DNA of 64,000 bases from Geosiphon pyriformis uo1 (taxonomy: Eukaryota > Fungi > Glomeromycota). The position numbers and the translations under genes were made by a program. Where the stretch lies: positions 372,001-436,000 of the forward strand of contig JAAOMT010000690.1 of the NCBI GenBank assembly GCA_016748015.1. Direction: 5' to 3'. The notes beneath the pieces are model-generated. The model did not search any database, was not told where the DNA came from, and saw only the letters and a list, made by a program, of their open reading frames with translations. Positions within the stretch are counted from its first letter, which is position 1; each line of letters begins with the position of its first letter. Positions 12,598 through 24,011 of this stretch are shown here, one piece after another.

Positions 12598-13603
12598 GGT
12601 GAAAAATTTTTGATATTTGCTGAAAATGATAAAATCTATCTTTTTATAACTTGAAAATAGTTTTATCGAGATCCCGCTTGTCGTTCGGAAAAGGGGAAGA
12701 TTTACTTCAAAAATTTCAATTGTCAGATAGAATAAGAAATTTGAAACAAAACTACATTGTATGTATGTATGTATGTATGCAATCTTGGTTGATTTTCACT
12801 CCGGTTAGTTTCATTGTATTCCTTTGACTTTTACACTTGTTTAAGGTGAAAAAAAAAAACTCGATATATTTAACATTAATAAAAATTATATTAAATTAAA
12901 AAAAAAAAACGTTTCTTTCATATTGAAAATTTTTTCTTTTTAAAAAAAAAATCTTTTTATTAAACAAGAAATTCAAATGAAAATAAACCTTTTCAGTAGT
13001 TTTAATTAGCGACATTTTTAATTCGCTAAAGACTAAGTTAGCAATTAAATTTGGAAACTGGGTAGTTTTTCAAGTAAATTTAAACTTTCTTTAATCAATC
13101 CATTTTTTTGGACACAAATTTGACCCATAAAATATATCCTTGAACGAAAATTTATTACAAAGGTAAGTTTTCAAATGGTTCTTCATTGCCAGAATATCTT
13201 GTCAACTATTACGAATCGAAATTAATAAATTTCACTTTTGGTAGCGCTCAGTTTGCCAGTCAGAATTATATTCCAAATTTTATGCCAAAAGGAATTTAAT
13301 CATTTAATTGAATGCTAATTCAAGATACTTTTTTACGTAAAAATTAATTATTTTAGAATTAAACCATTTGTAAAGTTTGCTATGTTTTTAGACACAAAGA
13401 AAATTTGATAAGAATAAAGTTATCATTCCAAAAATATAAAAGAACTTTCAGAAAGACTATAGTCTTTGTAAATTATAATTTTCTTTTGAAACCATTTTGT
13501 GTTTTTGAAATTAGTTTTTAGTTTTCCCAAAATTCTTCTTTTTTCATTTGACTCATTTGGTGGTGAAACGACTATTTGCAAACTGATCTTAAAGGCAACC
13601 CAG
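12598..13603 (-). repeat. Right arm of long inverted repeat (pairs with 738-1633)
   Basis: The reverse complement of 13186-13603 matches 738-1156 (e.g. actggcaaactgagcgctaccaaaag). The reverse complement of 12598-12935 matches ~1300-1633 (e.g. ttctatctgaca, ttgaagtaaatct, tataaaaagataga). Confidence 0.92.
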
Positions 13604-13840
13604 TTGTTATACTTAAACATAAAACTATATTTCTGACAAGATGGTTTAAATTTTATAAGATAAAAATTTTATGTTCATGAAATGTTACAAATATTAAAAA
13701 GCAATAACTTGTTTTTGTTTAACTTAAAAATATGAATTTTTGAATTACCTATAAGCTAAATTCTCAAAATAAAATCAAAAAACTTTGTTAATAATTTATT
13801 ATCATTTAAAGTTTATTTTTTATGAAATTGAAATATTTAC

Positions 13841-13900
<60 letters not shown>
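13841..13900. repeat. (AAT)n microsatellite
   Basis: Directly visible. Confidence 0.95.
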
Positions 13901-13901
<1 letters not shown>

Positions 13902-14278
13902 TATTAATTAATTTCATTTTTATTAATTTTTTAATTTTTTAATATATTAAAAAACAATTAAAAACATACATATTTCTAAATATTGTTTTAATTGATTGAT
14001 GAAAAATTCGAAACCTGTCATTTTTTTAAATCTGAAAAATTAGATATTTCTATTCCAAGAAAAATGGTGTAATCAACGATAAATTTTGAACTTCAGTCAT
14101 TAGCTAACTTTCACGTATAATTTTTATAATTAACCTAAAAATGTTATTTTCCATATTTTCCCATGGAATTTGAAGTCATTCATTACTTAAAAGTATCTTT
14201 TTTTTATAAAATCCAGAAAAACTTTCCTATAAACCCCCTTGAAACTCCTTATCTTTGATTTTCCAGCAGTACTCCCTC

Positions 14279-15786
14279 CTAACTCGCATCCGCTGTCAAA
14301 CTTTGCAATTCATTCAAATTCTCTAAATTTGTATGACGTCTTTCTTGTTCAAGATATCGTTCCCGTGTCGGTTTCAGCCTATCCAAATAATATGTCTCGA
14401 TATAATAGTCTTCTAAAAGTGTTTCTAATATTTGTACTCGTGCTTCAAGCGTAGCGCCAGCTGGTCTATCAGCTATTGATTCACCAAATGGAATTCCAGC
14501 CGCAGAAATGTATCGCCTAGCTAGATGCTCTTTGAAACTTCGACGAAAAAACCAGCACCTAAATATGTATTTTTGTGCAATTCCCCTGAATAGCGAATTG
14601 ATTTAATCAAATTATATATATATACATTATGTATAGAAAGTCAGGATGGAAACTTACCATGGTGCAAACTTCGAAGAACCAAATAGCAAGACGAATATGC
14701 CTGCTGTAGCACTATAAAAGCCTCCAAGGGTTGAAATCGAGCTCAGGACTAAAAAAGTAAAGAATATAAAAATTTTTGTCCAAAATTTTACAATGACTCT
14801 GAAATGATTCATTCCCATAATCTTAAACCTTTGACTCACCATCACCTTCATACTTTTCAACCTGATATCTCACATAATGAGTTTTTGGCCGCAAAAATAA
14901 AATCACTTTGCTTCGATCTGAGTATGGCATTCTTCTCTCATCCGTCAAAAGTTCCAGCCAAGTTTTGTCAGCCCTAACCCCCAGTTGTCCTTGTAAATGT
15001 GAACTGTAATAAGTTTTATGAATAATCGCCGAATATTCCAAATCCACCCATTCACCAGGCAAAAATTTTAATAAATTATGCTGAATATCAAATGGTGATG
15101 TAAAAATCTCAAATGGCTGTGAAATGTTATGCATTACAAAAATGTTTTCCCTATCGATATAAAAGGAGTCTAGTATCAGTTCGTAGAAATTATCAGTTGA
15201 GCTCGTGGAATCCTGATCTTTTGAGGTAGAATTCGAGGAATTTTGAAATGAAGAAATGGAAAAGACAATGTAATCCTTTGGAGTCATCATTGGACTGGTC
15301 ATATTTGGTTTATTGAGCAATGTGTCATTAAATGGTGGAATGAATTTCCAACATGAATTTTTACGTTCAAAATATTGTGATGAGCAGGTTTTATCATTTG
15401 CCTCATTACCAAGTGTATCAAATTCGTATTTTGTGCAAGTGATATTGAATTCTGTAGAACTTTGTTGAATTTGGTCATTTATTATTTGTTTTCGACATAT
15501 TTTGAAACCTGGGTATAAATTTGAATAAATCTTGTGTCAAGATTTTCGCCAAGTTTGAGTGTTGGTCAAGCATTCAAAAATCAAACATACCTGGATAGTT
15601 CACCGGACCAAAAGTCTCACTATTCACAACATTTGGAATATATAATGATTCCCCAAAACCAGACAGAACAGCCCATGCGAAGCTAACAAACCCCAGAGAA
15701 AACGTTGCGGCACATAAAGCTCTTATAACTTTGAACCAGAAAGGTTCTGTTGATTTTGTGTTGCCAATGGAGTCCCAAAGAAACAT
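14279..15786 (-). CDS. Two-transmembrane protein with large Cys-containing ectodomain, 4 exons, ~420 aa (candidate DEG/ENaC/PAC-like channel)
   Basis: Exons 15786-15591, 15508-14840, 14748-14658 and 14585-14279 join via GT-AG introns into an open 421-codon frame. TM1 is VIRALCAATFSLGFVSFAWAVL followed by YPGFKIC. TM2 is VLSSISTLGGFYSATAGIFVLLFG followed by PWGIAQ and a tail containing LETLLEDYYI. Confidence 0.85.
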
Positions 15787-17019
15787 GTTGTATTTTCAGG
15801 GATGGTTTCCAATAGGATCAATTACAAATATTGTCCATAATTCGATAAATAGAAGATGACTATCCATAACTGGAATTTTGTAATACCTTGATAAACTCGT
15901 GATTTTCTATTATCTTTAGCCAGCCACCATAGAATAACAAAAAAAATTTGATTAGATGATAACGGAACAATGATATGAATTAAAAAATTAATTAAAGTTT
16001 TTACTATAGGTCTTTTTGAAAGTATAAAATTACAAACACCCTTTTGTGAATTGTAAGCGTTAAAACTGAAAGGATTGAATTAAACAAAAATATTTTGGTT
16101 CTAAGATTCCTATTCATTAACTTTCAAATTATGCAATTTTGTTCACTAATTTCTGATTAATAAGTAACAGATCCTATTTATTCAAAAGTCTAATCAAAAG
16201 GAAAATATTTTTGATGAAAATTATTTTAAATATTATGTGTATTTGGCATTGGAATTACTTTTATATACAATTTTACTTGAATAATTAACAAAAAAAACCG
16301 GTCAGACTCATCTGTGATTAGAAAATATTGCTTTTTAACCATTTTTCTTTTGCTGCAATTTTGAAATAGTCTATTCTCAATTAAGCCAAAAATCAAAATT
16401 TGAACCATATTTTTCATAAGAATGAAATTAGTGTCATGAATCCTTCTAGGATCTAAATTTGTTTTTTTTATTCAATTTTTTTTTACTAAAATGATTTCAA
16501 TAACAAAAATAAAAACATTTTATTTTATAGTTGTAAAAAAAAGAATAAGAGTTTGTGAATCGATTTTGATTGGTAATTAAAAATAAAAAATAAAAAATAT
16601 ACACTATTACTTTTGTTTAAGATAGATAAAATTGCAACTAATAGATTTTTAAAACAACTAACAACAGGATATGTTAAATATTACCACTTAAATTTTTTGA
16701 AATAAAAAAATTAAATTGATAATATCTGCATATAAAAATTTTTGTACATTAATAAAATAGTACATTTTTATAATATCATAGATTTAAAATATATTATAAA
16801 TGTCAAGAGCTAAACTTTGATTTACTTAGAAATACTTAACAATAGTATTGTAAAAAAAGCCACCAAAGCTGTAAATTACTATTATTTTTATATTTTGAAT
16901 AATTTTTTATACAATAACAACTATTTCTAGAAAGAAAATCTCAAAATTTCAATAATACATGAGATTTAAATAACTAAATTAAACTTTTACAAATATTAAT
17001 ATTTTATTTATTATAGATT

Positions 17020-18310
17020 TAACATATGCTGAATGGATCTCTAAAGAACTTGGAAAATACTAATATGAGGACTAGTGCTGTGGTTTTTTTTGAGAACATA
17101 AATTTGGATTTAGGTGTTGGGGTATTTGGTTTGATGTTTTCTACTTTGGCAGAGTTGTAAGCTATTGTATTGGCTCTTGAGTGTGTTCCTTCTTATTGCT
17201 TGGTTTACCTATTTACAAACAGTCAAACTGTCTTGAATGTGTGCAAATTGGAATTGAGTTTAGTGTGTTTGGATTTTTATAACCAATTTTGGATTAAACA
17301 TTGACACATCATAGATATTATTTATGGCAGAAATTTAGATATTAGCTGACACAAAATAAAAAATCATTTGAATGTTTTGGATAATATACATGCTAATGCT
17401 TTTATTGATGCTATATCTCACTCTAACTGGTACCTTTTTTTTTAAGTAAAAGAATTTTATGTTAAAATTGAAAGTAGTATTATTTTTGGTAATTTTAAAC
17501 ATTTTATTTGTGGAGTCTTTTGGTCTGTTGATTGAGTATATTGGGAAGTTGGTTTTAATTTTAGAGTTCTAACAAATAATTTGCTTTTAGATATTAATTG
17601 GCTTAATACATTTATAATATGACATCTCGACTTGCACATAACTGTTGGCTTTACTAGTAGATTTATTGTTAATATTCACACATATTTTATAAAGATTTTA
17701 CACTACTAGTTGTTTGTAACTATTTAGAAGTGTTTGTATAACAAGTATTATTTCAGTGTATTATGTTTTTATTGTGATAATATTAAGGTCTTGAATCATG
17801 TTTTTTCTTGTGTAATTGACAATTCTGTTTGCTGTTAATTATTAAACACCTATGTGGATGCTTAAAGGGTGCTTTTTAGTCTTTTTTGTTTCTTTTTATG
17901 TGTATTTTAGTTGATATTCTTCTGTGCTTTGAATATCACAGTATGTACAGTTTTTTCCAAAGACTTTGTCTTTAATGATTGGTTTTATAAAACTGTTCTT
18001 GTCTTTGAGTGCTCCAAAATTACAAGTCAAAAGATTGTAAACTTTGTGCATAATTTTTGATTTGCTTTTAGAAATAAAGTTTAGATGATTTGTGCTAAAC
18101 ATTATGTCTTTATAGAAAAAAATAAACTAATACCACATGATAATTTAGTCTTGATTTTAGTTTTTGGGCTGTTTTCAGTATTTTTTGCTAGTGTGGTTAA
18201 ATTATTTGGTATTGTTGAGACATTTGGAATTAGTTTTAGACTGCATAAGTTTTGCTTATTTTTTTCAGATATTGGAGACATGGTCTCTATTTTTATAGAT
18301 GTTTAGTGTT
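17020..18310 (+). mobile_element. Decayed 3' fragment of a non-LTR retrotransposon (RNase H + zinc-binding region)
   Basis: Degenerate translation (D/N)GSLKNL...AVVFFENINLDLGVGVFGLMFSTLAEL*AIVLALECVPS, homologous to 63170-63350 (VYTDGSLRNLG...LQAIVLALECV). Many stops and almost no CpG. Confidence 0.8.
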
Positions 18311-19421
18311 GTTTTGATTGGTTTAAATAGCTGGTTACATGTAAAAAAACATAATTCACACCTAATTTAGATTATTTATATAATATATTGTACTAGACAG
18401 TATATAGATTTTATTCATAAAACAAATAAAAAAAACAAAAACATATGCCTAATGAAAATTAAAAACCAAAGATTTAATATCTAACAAATTGTGAATTAAA
18501 TATAAAAAATCAGTTAGTTAGAAAAATGTGTCAGTTTTGTTATTATTACTAAAACTTTGTAATTATGTATTTTAGTATATAATAAAACATTTATTTCTTT
18601 TTTAAACACTTATTATATAATATTGAGCTATTTTATGTAATGTGTTTTATAATTGGTGCTAATTAATTAATATTATATATATATATACATATATTAATTA
18701 TTAATGTAACTTTTCGCACTTTTTTTTCTTATAAAAGTATATTTTTTGTTTTAAACATATTTATACAAAATAAAAAATAATTATTATTATTTAAAATTGT
18801 AAAATTTTGCAATTATAAATGTTTTATAAATTTCTATATGCTAAATCTACACATAATATTACTCTATTATAATGTGATCTAATTTGTTTTATGTATTAAA
18901 AACACTAATTTTATTATAAAAATTCTTTATGTATCTTTATACAATAATATATCCTGTTTTTATTTTGCTTTTTTTAGACTTGTGTATCTTTTTTAATAAG
19001 TAAAGTATTAAAACCAGATAAATTGGAATTAAAACAATTTAAATCCGAGGTATTGCTATTATTATTATTATAATTATTACTTTTTTCTCTATACTTTAAT
19101 TTAAAATGTTTATTTAACTTAATATTAGACTTAAATTTAGGTAATCTACACTTATATCTTGCCTTTTTATCTTTTAGCTCAAACCTAATTATAATTAATT
19201 TGAAATAAATATGATTTATATGATATTTTAATTCATTAATTATAATAAGAGTATTTTTATATAGTTTAATATTGGTTAATCACTTTTTGTTACTTTTTAT
19301 TTTTGAATAATATATATATAGCTGAAAAAAAATCTTTATTTATCTTTGTTTAATCAATAAAGCTAAACAAAAAAATAATTAATAATTAATTTCTTATTTT
19401 TTATTACTAAATGTAATTATT

Positions 19422-20357
19422 TGTAACCCATTATTACCAACCGAAATTTGAAATATTATTTAGCATAAAATTATCCTTATAACTTATATTATTAAGTAGC
19501 ATATATTATCATTTCAATTTATTACTTATTACTTTATCAAATTATCCAAATTATTAGTCAATTAATAACCTGATTTATACAAAACAAAAATGTAACCAAA
19601 TTGTGATGATTAGATTATGCAATATGCCAAACTATACAACATTTAGAATTTGCCAAAATATTTAGTAATTTGATGAAATATTCAACAGTTCACTAAAATA
19701 ATTTATAGTTTACAAAAATAACTTATAGTTCGACAAAATATGTTTTTAGTTTGCCAAAATATTAAGAAAAAAAAGAGTGCTAGCTTATATAATAGTACAA
19801 CAAGTTATATAAAAGAAAAACTTCTCTTTTCGAGAAAATGTATCAAATCATCTTATCTTACTCAGAATGAATCAAAATAGTATCTTCCTTATAAATTGCA
19901 ATAAAACTTATTTCAAAAACAAAAGCATGAAAATCCTTAACTATTACTGTTTAAAATTAACCATTCTCTACTAATAGTTGAAATTGATTAGTTACCAATT
20001 TCAGTAACCATTAGTAACTTCCAGATCTGGATCCGAAATGACTTTCTTGACATATTTCTTATTTCTTTTTTTAGTTTATTCTTTTTATTTTCTTTTAAAT
20101 TCTTTTATATCATTGGGTAGCCTACAGTCGAGATTTTCTGTAGAAGAGTTGACTTTTACAGCAAAGTAACTACATACATTTTTGAAAAGCTTACAGACAA
20201 AATTTTCTTGTAAAAAAGTTAACTTTTATAGCAAAGTAACTATACACATTTTGAAAAGCTTACAAACGAGATTTTTCTATAAAAAAATTGACTTTTACCA
20301 CAAAGTAACTATACCAGTAATTGGTATGGAATTGGCCATTCCAACATAAGCCCAACA
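19422..20357 (+). mobile_element. Solo LTR-like element (TGTAAC...CCCAACA) with internal 20-bp and ~70-bp tandem repeats
   Basis: TG...CA ends, TATATAAAAG at ~19806, ~20-nt repeats at 19661-19760 and three ~70-nt units at 20121-20313. A second diverged copy lies in opposite orientation at 39045-39860. No clear TSD. Confidence 0.65.
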
Positions 20358-21953
20358 GCATACATAGTCTAAAGTATAGAGAGATACTTTGGAAGAAAAA
20401 TTAGCTTATTGGAAGTTCACTGACTTCCACAAAACAGCAAAATTAACAGCAAAACGGCATTAACAACATTAAGAAAAAGATAGAAAAACCTCCTTTATTC
20501 GGCTCATTAGAATGAACATCATTGCAGATATCTATTCAGAAAAAACTCGTTAGAATTCAACTCAAGATTTCTTATAGGTAAGAAATAAAATTCTTCCTTC
20601 TAATTAAATAATTTGACTTGGACTCACCAATTGATACACATATAAAAAACAATAGGTAAAAATTTTCTGATTTATAATTCGTCGAACTTGGGATACTCGA
20701 TCTCTCCTATCTATTGATCGTTCATCTTTTTGAAAATTTTGATCTCTTTTAACTAATAATGTGTAATGTAAAGTGCGGTTATAACAGAACGCGATCCAAC
20801 AGATTGCCATTAAATGTGTACCGACAATAAAACAATTAATCGGGGTGACAAGTGAAGTATTCTATTTATCGAATCCGGCATAGCACCTGGGAATTAATTA
20901 GGGCAAAGTTAAATTTTATCTTGTATAAATGAGAAACCTAAGAAAATTTACCAATATGTTCCATTCCCAACAGTATTATTCTGTTTCGATTCAAAAAATT
21001 TTTGCGATTACAAATAACAGTAGCTGAGCGGTGAGCAATTTCCAATTGTATACGCCGAGAGATATGTGTTTTTTCCAATGTACTATAAAATAGAAAAGGC
21101 AAGATAAAAAAGTTGAGATTGAAAACTGAAAATCAATCAGTCATATGTAATTACTAATATTATTTATACACCTCTTAGATACACGATGGTAGCAACTGTA
21201 ATAGATAACGCGAAATCCATTCCAAAAAACGTATAAAACAAACTAGCTAAACTGGAACAAATATCCGGTCTCCAGAGACGAAGGTGAATAAATGGGTATC
21301 CCTATTAATTTCAGAAAATTTTTACATAGGTAAGACAGAACTTAAAGACGCCTTGCTTTAAACCCATCAAATTTAGGCCAAAAAGAACTTACCAAACTAA
21401 TAATAGATTGAATATGTAGGAAAAAGCCTAAAGTTTCAAAAAGCGGTAAGTAAAAACTCATAAATCTGACTAAAAATTCCTCCAACTAATACCGACTATT
21501 CAAAGCCAAAAATGTAGGCACAGTCAATGACATTGACAATGGTTTTTTTTCATTAAAAATCCACAATTTGAAAACTGTTTTTAAGACAAACAAACAGCCA
21601 AACCACGAGATTGATGCCATTGTAATCCCTAAGCCGGTAACAAGTCGTGTTTGAAATGGTAAAAAAGGATCCATATCTTCTATTGTTGGATGATTTTCAA
21701 TTTCGTTCTGAATTTCTCGGCTTGAAACCATATTTTCATGGCCAGTTTGAGAATATATTAATGGGAAGGATTCTATTGCTTGGGGGTCAATTGTGATTGA
21801 TGATTGAAATTTAGGTAAATTTATTGCAGAGACTAAAGGAATAATAAATAGGCATAAAATTAAAATGGTTGGAACTGAAAGAATGGCAAATTTAAAAGGG
21901 TAAGATGATTGAAAATTTTGTGACCGAGACAACTGAAACTTTGAAAAGGCCAT
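20358..21953 (-). pseudogene. 7TM GPCR-like (Git3/cAMP-receptor-like) gene, disrupted
   Basis: Signal-like N-terminus, TM1 LVTGLGITMASISWFGCLFVL, then MSLTVPTFLALN. Later exons read CSSLASLFYTFFGMDFALSITVATIVYLR, HISLGVYNWKLL, GNGTYWCY and IFTYCFLYVYQ. Lesions: TGA/frameshift at ~20991, in-frame TAG at 20862-20864, and a 3' end cut by the LTR-like element. Confidence 0.75.
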
Positions 21954-23938
21954 TGCAAAAATGGGGTAAAGTTTTTGCAGCGAATAGCCTATGAATTGAG
22001 TTGGGTTGTTTTTTTCTCGAGCTATAGATTTGGTAGGTCTTTTAAATAGGTTGGTTTAAAAATTTACTCAATTTAGTTGCTTATAAATGTTTTTCCTTAT
22101 TAAACTAATTGCTGTTGTTATAGCAAAGATAAAATTTATTTGAAGCAAACAAGCAAGCGTTCCCTTTAACACTAACTATTGATATCACTGCCATTAGCAT
22201 GGTTGCCGTAACGGATTCCATCTTTATACTATATGGCAGTCAGATTGTATTGAAAATTCAGTTCAATTTACATTAATCTTGGTACGCCAAAAGTTTCATA
22301 TAACATAGAAAGTGGCCAAAAATAATGACAGCATTTACGACACACATGTACTTGAGATTTTATGTAATCAAAAAATATCAGAGATTAGTGATATTCTGCT
22401 TAATCTCCAAGTCACAATGTTACCTTTGAAATGAAAATTTTCCAATAGGTATAAAACTCATGTTATTCACCCTTATAAATGAAGTCATTTTTTTTAAATT
22501 CCATAAGTGCAACCAAACATATTTATTCACTTGAATAGCCAATAATGAAATAGATATTGTTTTACAAATAACGTGACTAGCTACCAAGCCAATCAACTAG
22601 AACTAACATTAGTTATCATTACCTAATAAACAATCAGAAACTTCTGATTGGTCATTATCATGCATGCATTTGCGGAATATAGAGGGTATGCACTTAGCTC
22701 TATGTCCCAGGCTATCGTGTGCATATTGGAGGTATCACTGTATATTATTTGAAATGATCGCTAAGTAATTGTATAACCTCCTATCACTACAGTTCTCGAA
22801 GCTAATTTTCTTTAATTTAAAAATTTTGGCCAATAAGTAAGTGAAACAAAGTTTTTTCTTTTAAAAAAAAATATTTAAATTTTTATTGCATCACTAATTT
22901 TTTATTTAACCTGGGGAAAAAATAACCTTCGAATGATTTAGTTGTTTTGCCAAGTTTCAAGGGCTCAAAACATTTAATAAATTTCAAGAGTAAGAGTCTG
23001 GTGTGAGTGAATCATTTTTTTAAAAAATTAATTATTTTCTTAAATCATTTCCATCAAGACTTATGCAAAAATTTGTATTTAATATACATTTTTTTCAATA
23101 TCACTTTCTAAAGTGAACTTTAAAGAAACTAAACTCATCATATCCATTTAAAGAAACCCTTAAAATATGATTCAATAAGCAAGTTTTTGATACAGAACAC
23201 AAACTTATCAATATTTTAAAGGCGAAGAATCTCTTTTGGAATTTCAATAATCATCCTTGACTTTAATCGAAATTAAAGTTGAAATTTAAATGTTATAATT
23301 AAATAAAGTTGTCGAAAAAATAAAGATACTCAAAGCCTTGTACTGAAAAATTATATTAGTTCTCAAAAGAAACTTTTTTCAAATCAGCTGTATTATGTAA
23401 GTATATTTTTTTACGATGCCATGAAAAGCAGGAAACATTTAAATTAGCGACATAATAACTTAAGTTCATTTTGCAGGTATCTAGATCATTTTTGGAATTG
23501 AAATCAAACTAGTTATTTGATATCTATGTTCAAAGATTGTCGAGGACCATTATTAACATGATGACCTTTTGGAATTTGACAAAGGTTAGGGAAGCAAAAG
23601 TTCATTTATATAATTTTAAATTCCTTAACTTTTAGGAAATCAATTATTTCGCCAAGAACCATTCTCAAACTTCCAGCACAAACTTTTTGGATTAATATAA
23701 TTTGGGTTAAAAATATCAAGTTTTCTTATTGACTTTGGAGCAAAAAAGAATACTTCTCCACTCAACGACTTGATTTCTGAGGACAACCTTTAAATTCGGA
23801 AATCTGTGATTTTTCTTCAAAACCCCAATCGCATTATCAGAACATCTTTGTGATGTCAAATAAACTTTAAAATTTCATGTTATCCAGTTATTTAAAATTA
23901 AAATAATTGAAAAAGAGGTGAAATCCTGAGTTCTAAAC

Positions 23939-24011
23939 GGGGAACTAGCTCAAATGGTAGAGCGCTCGCTTCGCATGCGAGAGGCACGGGGATCGATACC
24001 CCGGTTCTCCA
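23939..24011 (+). tRNA. tRNA-Ala (anticodon CGC), intronless
   Basis: Acceptor stem GGGGAAC/GTTCTCC plus discriminator A, D-arm GCTC-AAATGGTA-GAGC, anticodon arm CTCGC-TTCGCAT-GCGAG, T-arm CGGGG-ATCGATA-CCCCG. Confidence 0.97.

Noticed and set aside
19661-20313. Periodic 20-bp and 70-bp repeats as a CRISPR array
   Set aside because: Units are contiguous degenerate tandem copies with no unique spacers, there are no cas genes, the context is eukaryotic, and they lie inside an LTR-like element.
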